From: Candidatus Levyibacteriota bacterium
GTDB taxonomy: Bacteria > Patescibacteriota > Microgenomatia > Levybacterales > UBA12049
Length of the DNA stretch: 64,000 nt
Reading direction: 5' to 3'
NCBI GenBank assembly: GCA_029260965.1
Contig: JAJDCG010000001.1
Span: 312,012-376,011 of the forward strand
Shown piece by piece: positions 56,619 through 64,000 of the stretch. Numbering within the stretch: position 1 is the first letter of the stretch; every line of letters starts with the position of its first letter. A program made the translations under genes and the position numbers. Below the pieces are notes generated by a model. The model had not been told where the DNA came from, made no database searches, and was given only the letters and a program-made list of their open reading frames with translations.

Positions 56619-58499
56619 ATGACTGACTATAAGGATCATCATAAAGACAAAAAGAAAAATGTTATTCGTGCCCACCGAAAGCATCTCAACCTCTTTTATC
56701 TCCTCTCTCTTGCAGTGATTATTTTAGTTATGCCTCTTATAGTTTTACAAGTCCAAGAGCGTACTGTTTTGCGTCAGGAGGCCGCCCCCTCGTGCTCTAG
56801 TAGGACAGAAGCTAGTTGTGGTAATACTGAGTGTAAGTTAGTAAGCTCGTTAACAGAAGGAGTGTGTAAGGGGGTTGTGGGTTCAACAAAGCCGTGCAGT
56901 ACCTACAATAGAAGTGGATGTTCGGCAAATAGTACTGTATGCACTTGGTATCCCAAGAAGGTTTGTGTTTCTAACCCAAATTTTTCACCTTCAAAAAAAG
57001 GTCCGGGATCGAGCTGTACTACGGGAGCTGTGTGTATATCAGGTAAGTGTATTGACAATATCTGTAAAAACGACAATGGAGGAAGCTGTACAACGGGGAA
57101 GGTCTGTGTTTCTGGATATTGTGGTTCAGATAACAAGTGCGCAGCAGCTAGTGCTCCAAATTCTGATGAACAGTATCATGGTAAGGTCTCTTGTGATAAT
57201 GGTCGTGGAACTTGTTTTATAAGATCTAGGCTTTCAGGCACAGTACCGAGTTATTGGCATACAGGTAAATGTCCTGGTAGCCCAGCAGTGCAATGTTATT
57301 CAGATAGGCCTGCAACTAACAACCCTCCTCCTGTTAACAACCCGCCAGTAAATGATTCACCAAAAACAAATCCACCTCCAGCAGGCGATGATACTCGCTG
57401 TACCAGTCAGGGAGGTCAATGTCAGCTGGGGCAAGCAAATAATGTGGGAGGACCATGCACCGTGAACGGTAAGGCTGGAACCGTGAAGATAAATTTATGC
57501 TCTGGTGGCAATGACAGGAGATGTTGTGTGCCAAATGGGAGTAATCCAACTAATCCAAACAATCCCATTCAACCAAATCCCAATAATCCTTCAAATAAAA
57601 TTGACATGCCAGATTACTGTAAAGTGGGGAATTGTTCAAATGAAGAAAGAACGATCATAGGAATTCCCAATGCCAAGGATGCTTGCGGTAGTATTGCCCG
57701 CTCATGTTGTAGGCCAGCTAGGTCTTCTCGTACCAGCACAACATGTGAATTAGCTCCACCAAAGACAGATCCCAATAACCCAAATCAGCCTGTTGTAAAT
57801 CCTGTAAACCCAGTTACATCAAAACTAGGTCTGTCTATAAAGCTGCAGGGTATAGGCCCTGATGGTAACTCAAATCCACAGTCTCAGCAAATACCGATTG
57901 TACTCAGACTTTATAAAGATAATGTTACGGCACAAAACATAACAGCATCAAATAATGTTCTGGCTGCTGCGTCAATAGTGGTTGAAAGCACGGCATCATA
58001 TGATAGCGCATCTGGATATTTCGTAAATGACGATTTTGACATGGGTGAGGTGCCAGAGGGAAATTATAAAATTATTGTACAAAACCCTAAATTTCTTGAT
58101 GTAAAATTGACTAATTCAACAACAGGAACAGATGTGTTTAATATACAATCGGGACAAAAAATCATCGCCAGTACGGTCTCTATGAGGGGTGGAGATGTGC
58201 AGCCTGAGCCAAGGGGTAATAATTATGTAGACCTTTTTGATTACAATGCAGTTATTGGTTGTACTTCAGGCCAGCCAGAAAGCGCGTGTCTTAATAAAAA
58301 ACTTGCTGATATCAACGATGATGGTGTAGTTGATCAGGAAGATCTTGATATTGTCAGATCCAATTTTGGTCAAGAAGGAATAGCATTTGATACTGGAGAG
58401 TTTGTTTGCAAGTCAGATCCTGAATGTACTGCGTCTGGAAGCAAAAATGCGCTTCAGCTTTGTCGCCTCCTCTGTACAAAGAAGCCAGATAGGCTTTGA
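56619..58499 (+). CDS. Cys-rich membrane-anchored surface protein with C-terminal dockerin-like EF-hand pair
   Basis: N-terminal TM; multiple Cys modules; NP-rich linkers; GDV...NYVDLFDY and ADINDDGVVDQED. Confidence 0.82.
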   Translation: MTDYKDHHKDKKKNVIRAHRKHLNLFYLLSLAVIILVMPLIVLQVQERTVLRQEAAPSCSSRTEASCGNTECKLVSSLTEGVCKGVVGSTKPCSTYNRSGCSANSTVCTWYPKKVCVSNPNFSPSKKGPGSSCTTGAVCISGKCIDNICKNDNGGSCTTGKVCVSGYCGSDNKCAAASAPNSDEQYHGKVSCDNGRGTCFIRSRLSGTVPSYWHTGKCPGSPAVQCYSDRPATNNPPPVNNPPVNDSPKTNPPPAGDDTRCTSQGGQCQLGQANNVGGPCTVNGKAGTVKINLCSGGNDRRCCVPNGSNPTNPNNPIQPNPNNPSNKIDMPDYCKVGNCSNEERTIIGIPNAKDACGSIARSCCRPARSSRTSTTCELAPPKTDPNNPNQPVVNPVNPVTSKLGLSIKLQGIGPDGNSNPQSQQIPIVLRLYKDNVTAQNITASNNVLAAASIVVESTASYDSASGYFVNDDFDMGEVPEGNYKIIVQNPKFLDVKLTNSTTGTDVFNIQSGQKIIASTVSMRGGDVQPEPRGNNYVDLFDYNAVIGCTSGQPESACLNKKLADINDDGVVDQEDLDIVRSNFGQEGIAFDTGEFVCKSDPECTASGSKNALQLCRLLCTKKPDRL

Positions 58500-58546
58500 G
58501 ATAAAGCCTTGACTACCAAGGGGTTACGAGATAAAATGAACAAAAT

Positions 58547-59122
58547 ATGTTTGCAGATCTTATTACTTCAAAAACTCGCAACAAACTTTTGAATTTGTTT
58601 TTAGGTGATCCATCAGAAATGTATCATGTACGTGAGTGTGTTAGGAGAACAGAGGAGGAAATAAATGCTGTTAGACGTGAGCTGATACTTCTTGAAAAAA
58701 AAGGAATTCTCAAGCGTGAACCGCGAGCCAATAGGGTTTATTATTCGCTTTCAAAAGACTATACTTTTTATTTTGATCTTCTGAGAATAGGTGCCAAGAT
58801 AACCGGGCTTGGTAAGGCGATTCTTGAGAACAGAGCAAAACTTGGCAAGATAAAATTTGCTATGTTTTCTGGTAAATTTGTCAGAAGAATCAAGGATTCT
58901 CCTGATGAGGTAGAGTTGATTGTTATTGGTACTGTTGTGTTGCCAGAACTGGCGATTTTGGTGAGGGCTGAGGAGAAAAGGCTTGGAACTGAAATCAACT
59001 ATACTGCCATGACTGAAGATGAGTTTAAGTTTCGAAAGACTCGACGTGATCCATTTCTTGCAACTATTCTGGTGGGATCTCGCGTGATGCTCCTTGGTGA
59101 CGAGGAGGCAATGTTGGCATGA
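58547..59122 (+). CDS. wHTH regulator fused to degenerate nucleotidyltransferase-like domain
   Basis: SKTR.KLL.LF, HVRE..R, NAVRREL..L; SGKF...DEVELIVIG, INYT.MT..EF. Confidence 0.75.
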   Translation: MFADLITSKTRNKLLNLFLGDPSEMYHVRECVRRTEEEINAVRRELILLEKKGILKREPRANRVYYSLSKDYTFYFDLLRIGAKITGLGKAILENRAKLGKIKFAMFSGKFVRRIKDSPDEVELIVIGTVVLPELAILVRAEEKRLGTEINYTAMTEDEFKFRKTRRDPFLATILVGSRVMLLGDEEAMLA

Positions 59123-60501
59123 AATCCTCCCGTTCCTCTTTTGTGTTTGTAATTTTTATAATAATAGTTTCTCTTTTTATTAATTTGTCTGAAGGATTAA
59201 GAATTGATCTTGGTTTTTACAAGCTGGACATCCCTTCATTTAATCTCCAGAGAGTAATTGGACGAGATTTTTCTCTCAAGCAAGGCCTTGACCTCGAAGG
59301 TGGTACCAGTATCACGCTTCGAGCAAGCATGGATGAGATTGCCGAGGATCAGCGTGATGATGCGCTTGATAGCGCAACATCAATAATTGAGAAGAGAGTA
59401 AATTTTTTTGGGGTATCCGAACCTTTGGTTCAGACCTCAAAAGCAAGTGGTGACTACAGGATAATCGTTGAGATACCAGGTGTTACAGATGTTGATCAAG
59501 CAGTATCCTTGATAGGACAGACTGCAAAATTAAGTTTTTGGGAAGCTGGTCCAGAGGGCGAATCATTTGATGCAAGTGAATCTGCGAAGATTGCTACCAA
59601 TCCAGCAGAGCTTATCCGTATCGCTTCAGAATCGGGAAAGCCTCTTGGTGCGGTCCAGATTTTCGGAGAACGCGCTAAACAAACAAACCTAACTGGATCT
59701 GATCTAAAAAAGTCGAGTGTTATTTTTGATCAGAATACAGGAAATCCTCAGGTGGGATTGGAATTCACGAGTGAAGGTGGTAAAAAATTTGCTGACATAA
59801 CCGAAAGGAATGTTGGAAAGATTATTGCTATTTTGATTGACGAAGAGCTCGCAACAGCACCCAGTGTTAATGAGCCTATTTTCGGAGGAAATGCTGTAAT
59901 TAATGGAGATTTCACAAGGGATGAGGCAAATAAGCTTTCGGTACAATTGAATGCTGGGGCGCTTCCAGTGTCTTTGTCTGTTCTTCAAGAGCGAACAATT
60001 GGTGCAACACTTGGTGACAAATCTGTTGATAAGAGTCTTGTTGCAGGAGTAGTTGGGCTTATCGTGGTAGTTATTTTTATGATATTTATATATGGGCGCT
60101 TGGGTGTTGTTGCCAGTCTTGCACTTTTGGTTTACACAATTGTGCTGTTGGCTGTTTTCCGAATTGTCCCAGTTACATTGACACTTGCAGGTATAGCAGG
60201 TGTGATACTCTCAGTAGGAGTTGCGGTTGATGCTAATATTCTTATTTTTGAAAGAATGAAGGAAGAGGTTGGGCGAGGCAGATCGCTTGATTCAGCAGTT
60301 GATGTGGGTTTCTCAAGAGCCTGGCCATCAATCAGGGACTCAAATGCAGCTAGTCTAATCATCAGTACTATTCTTTATTATTTTGGGACCACTATTGTAA
60401 AAGGATTTGCCCTGACTCTGGCACTAGGCGTTATTGTCTCGATGTTCTCAGCGATTATGGTAACAAGAACCTTCTTGCGGGTTTTTTATCAAAGGAAATA
60501 A
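59119..60501 (+). CDS. secD: Protein translocase subunit SecD
   Basis: GLDLEGG, RVN.FGVSEP, LNAGALPV, AVDANILIFER. Confidence 0.97.
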   Translation: MKSSRSSFVFVIFIIIVSLFINLSEGLRIDLGFYKLDIPSFNLQRVIGRDFSLKQGLDLEGGTSITLRASMDEIAEDQRDDALDSATSIIEKRVNFFGVSEPLVQTSKASGDYRIIVEIPGVTDVDQAVSLIGQTAKLSFWEAGPEGESFDASESAKIATNPAELIRIASESGKPLGAVQIFGERAKQTNLTGSDLKKSSVIFDQNTGNPQVGLEFTSEGGKKFADITERNVGKIIAILIDEELATAPSVNEPIFGGNAVINGDFTRDEANKLSVQLNAGALPVSLSVLQERTIGATLGDKSVDKSLVAGVVGLIVVVIFMIFIYGRLGVVASLALLVYTIVLLAVFRIVPVTLTLAGIAGVILSVGVAVDANILIFERMKEEVGRGRSLDSAVDVGFSRAWPSIRDSNAASLIISTILYYFGTTIVKGFALTLALGVIVSMFSAIMVTRTFLRVFYQRK

Positions 60502-60505
60502 ATAT

Positions 60506-61414
60506 ATGTTGAATATAATTGGAAAGAAAAAGTTATATTTTTGGATATCATTTCTCATGATTGTTCCAGGTGTGGTTTCGCTAGCTCTTTTCGGTCTGAG
60601 ACCTTCTATTGATTTTACGGGAGGATCCAGGCTGACATTTTCTTTTGCACGATTTGTGGATCAATCTGTTATCGATGATGTGAAGACTGTTTTCGATGAA
60701 CAAAGCATTGAAATAGTTACGTCGCAGCCATCAGAAAATAGTCTTATCATTAGGACAAAGCCTCTGGATGAAGGCAGTGAACAGCTAGTGCTAACCAGGT
60801 TGAGAAAAGAGTATGAAGATGTGGGTCTTGAGCAGTTTGAGACAATAGGCCCTGTTATCGGACAGGAGACAACGTTGAATGCATTGTATGCAATTCTGAT
60901 AGCATCAGTAATGATTGTTCTTTATATCGCCTGGTCTTTCCGTAATATACCAAAGCCATTGAGTAGTTTTAGATTTGGGTTGGTTGCAATTTTTGCAGTG
61001 CTACATGATGTCTTATTGGTTGTAGGTATTTTTTCAATTCTGGGATATTTTTATCAGATTGAGATTGATAGTCTTTTTGTGACCGCGCTATTAACTGTTG
61101 TGGGGTTTTCAGTTCATGACACTATCGTTGTTTTTGACAGGATAAGAGAAAATTTACGCTTGAGTGTTTCTTTACCTTTTGAACAGGTGGTTAATAATTC
61201 TATAATTCAGACAATGGTTCGTTCTGTTAATACATCATTCACAACACTTCTTGTACTTTTAACACTCTTTCTTTTTGGCGGAGACAGTATTAGGTGGTTT
61301 GTTTTTGCTCTTTTTATTGGTATAGCAAGTGGTACCTACTCGTCCATTTTTACGGCAAGCCCACTTCTTGTGGTCTGGGAAAATTGGGATAAAAAGCGGA
61401 AGAGAAATAGCTGA
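60506..61414 (+). CDS. secF: Protein translocase subunit SecF
   Basis: IDFTGG, HDVL, GFSVHDTIVVFDRIREN, GTYSSIF.A. Confidence 0.97.
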   Translation: MLNIIGKKKLYFWISFLMIVPGVVSLALFGLRPSIDFTGGSRLTFSFARFVDQSVIDDVKTVFDEQSIEIVTSQPSENSLIIRTKPLDEGSEQLVLTRLRKEYEDVGLEQFETIGPVIGQETTLNALYAILIASVMIVLYIAWSFRNIPKPLSSFRFGLVAIFAVLHDVLLVVGIFSILGYFYQIEIDSLFVTALLTVVGFSVHDTIVVFDRIRENLRLSVSLPFEQVVNNSIIQTMVRSVNTSFTTLLVLLTLFLFGGDSIRWFVFALFIGIASGTYSSIFTASPLLVVWENWDKKRKRNS

Positions 61415-61418
61415 TAGT

Positions 61419-61871
61419 TTAAAATCCCAGCTCTTCTCGTACAATTTTTGATACAATTGCACCGTCGGCTTTTCCTTTAGTATTGGGCATGAGAACACCC
61501 ATTACTTTTCCCATATCAGATTGGTTTTTTGCACCTGTTTTTGTTATTGCATCTTTAACTAAGTCTCTGATTTCTCCTTCATTCATTTGTTCTGGTAAAT
61601 ATTTTTGGAGTATCAAGAGCTCTCTTTTTTCCTTCTCGACCAGTTCATGACGTCCCGCTTTTTCAAATTCTATTATTGCATCGCGTCTCTGCTTTGCTTC
61701 TTTTTGGATAACGATCATTACATCTTCATCAGTTGCAGTATAGCCAGCACCACCTTTTTGCGTTTCATAATACCCGATCGCTGATATTAACATGCGAAGA
61801 ACGGAGGTTCTTATCTGATCTTTTTCTAGCATTGCTGTTTTGAGTTCGCTTTGTAAATCGCTTTTTGTCAT
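61419..61871 (-). CDS. GatB/YqeY domain protein
   Basis: K.AM, KQRRDAI..F..AGR.EL, YLPEQM, DMGKVM, KGKADG. Confidence 0.93.
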   Translation of the reverse strand: MTKSDLQSELKTAMLEKDQIRTSVLRMLISAIGYYETQKGGAGYTATDEDVMIVIQKEAKQRRDAIIEFEKAGRHELVEKEKRELLILQKYLPEQMNEGEIRDLVKDAITKTGAKNQSDMGKVMGVLMPNTKGKADGAIVSKIVREELGF

Positions 61872-61970
61872 GTCAATATAATTATAGCATATTGCCTAAT
61901 AGACCTTGTATTCTTGTATGAGTAAAATTAGACTTTTTAAAGCAAGACTTAAGAGAAAAAAAGATTTTGA

Positions 61971-62645
61971 TTATTCTTTTATTACGTAGCCGAAGCCGCG
62001 AGCGGAGTGGATGAGTTTTTTATCAAATCCTGAGTCAATCTTTTTTCTGAGATAGCCGATATAAACATCAACAACTCTTGTTTCAACATCGGTAGAGTAA
62101 AGCCAGATGCGACTCAGGATCATTTCACGGGTTAAGATACGTCCCTTATTACTCATTAGATATTTGAGTAGCTTGAATTCTTGTGGTGTGAGTTGTATGT
62201 TTTTGTTAGCTCTTTTTACCTCAAGTGTTCTGTCGTCCAGTTCGAGATCAGCAATCTTAAGCATTGCACCTGAACTACCATCTGTTTTCTTTAGTCGTGC
62301 TTTTACTCTAGCGAGTAGCTCGTCTGCATTGAATGGTTTTGTTATATAATCGTCTGCTCCTATCTCAAAATTACTCAAGATATCATTTATAGAGTCTTTA
62401 GCAGTTAGTATGATGATGGGTACATCTTTGTGTTTTTTACGGATTTCTGTAGTTACTGCACTACCAGTCATTGAGGGAAGTCCAAGATCCATGATAACTA
62501 AATCTGGAACTGTTTTTTTGAAGAAATCTAACGCCTGTAATCCGTCTGATACAGAGTGGGCTGCGTAGCCGTTATCAAGAAGCATTTCTTTTATGAAATC
62601 TCTTATTGTGTCATCGTCTTCAACTACCAGAATTGATTCAGCCAT
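61971..62645 (-). CDS. OmpR/PhoB family DNA-binding response regulator
   Basis: VEDD, DLGLP, GADDYITKPF, LTPQEF.LL, VVDVYIGYLRKK, RGFGY. Confidence 0.96.
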   Translation of the reverse strand: MAESILVVEDDDTIRDFIKEMLLDNGYAAHSVSDGLQALDFFKKTVPDLVIMDLGLPSMTGSAVTTEIRKKHKDVPIIILTAKDSINDILSNFEIGADDYITKPFNADELLARVKARLKKTDGSSGAMLKIADLELDDRTLEVKRANKNIQLTPQEFKLLKYLMSNKGRILTREMILSRIWLYSTDVETRVVDVYIGYLRKKIDSGFDKKLIHSARGFGYVIKE

Positions 62646-62703
62646 AAACTCAAAGCATTATATCAGGAGAATTGTAAGAAAGGCAAGTATTAGTAATGTA
62701 TAT

Positions 62704-63984
<1,281 letters not shown>

Positions 63985-64000
63985 TTAGCTAAGTAATGAA

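Overview
AT-rich, gene-dense bacterial chromosome segment using genetic code 11. It is most consistent with a Patescibacteria/Microgenomates-type (CPR) genome. That assignment is an inference from the short TsaB, the DUF4446/DUF3048 genes, the TM+Q..R..A surface proteins and the rarity of SD sites. 1-15 kb: an apparently complete de novo purine operon on the minus strand (purF-purN fusion, purD, purSL, purQ, purP, purH, a second purP-like gene, purB, purK, purE, purC, start of purM), with purA at the far end of the window. The operon leader holds a perfect sigma70 promoter, an unannotated leaderless 41-codon ORF and an internal intrinsic terminator, making it a candidate pyrL-like attenuator. 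The rest contains prfB, a folate-type gamma-glutamyl ligase/membrane protein pair, a two-component system, secA, serS, rpsT, murJ, groESL with a CIRCE element, lepA, tsaE/C/B, ftsEX with a circularly permuted M23 peptidase, a nucleotide-sugar/glycosylation cluster, secDF and cohesin- and dockerin-bearing surface proteins. Features missed by the ORF track: a 13-aa Lys-rich micro-gene with its own SD and terminator, a DUF5679-like zinc-ribbon gene, and a ~1 kb heavily structured boxA-containing transcription unit encoding two small membrane proteins. Promoter geometry also suggests widespread leaderless mRNAs. No rRNA, tRNA, CRISPR array or transposase was seen. All family names come from motif recognition, not database searches.
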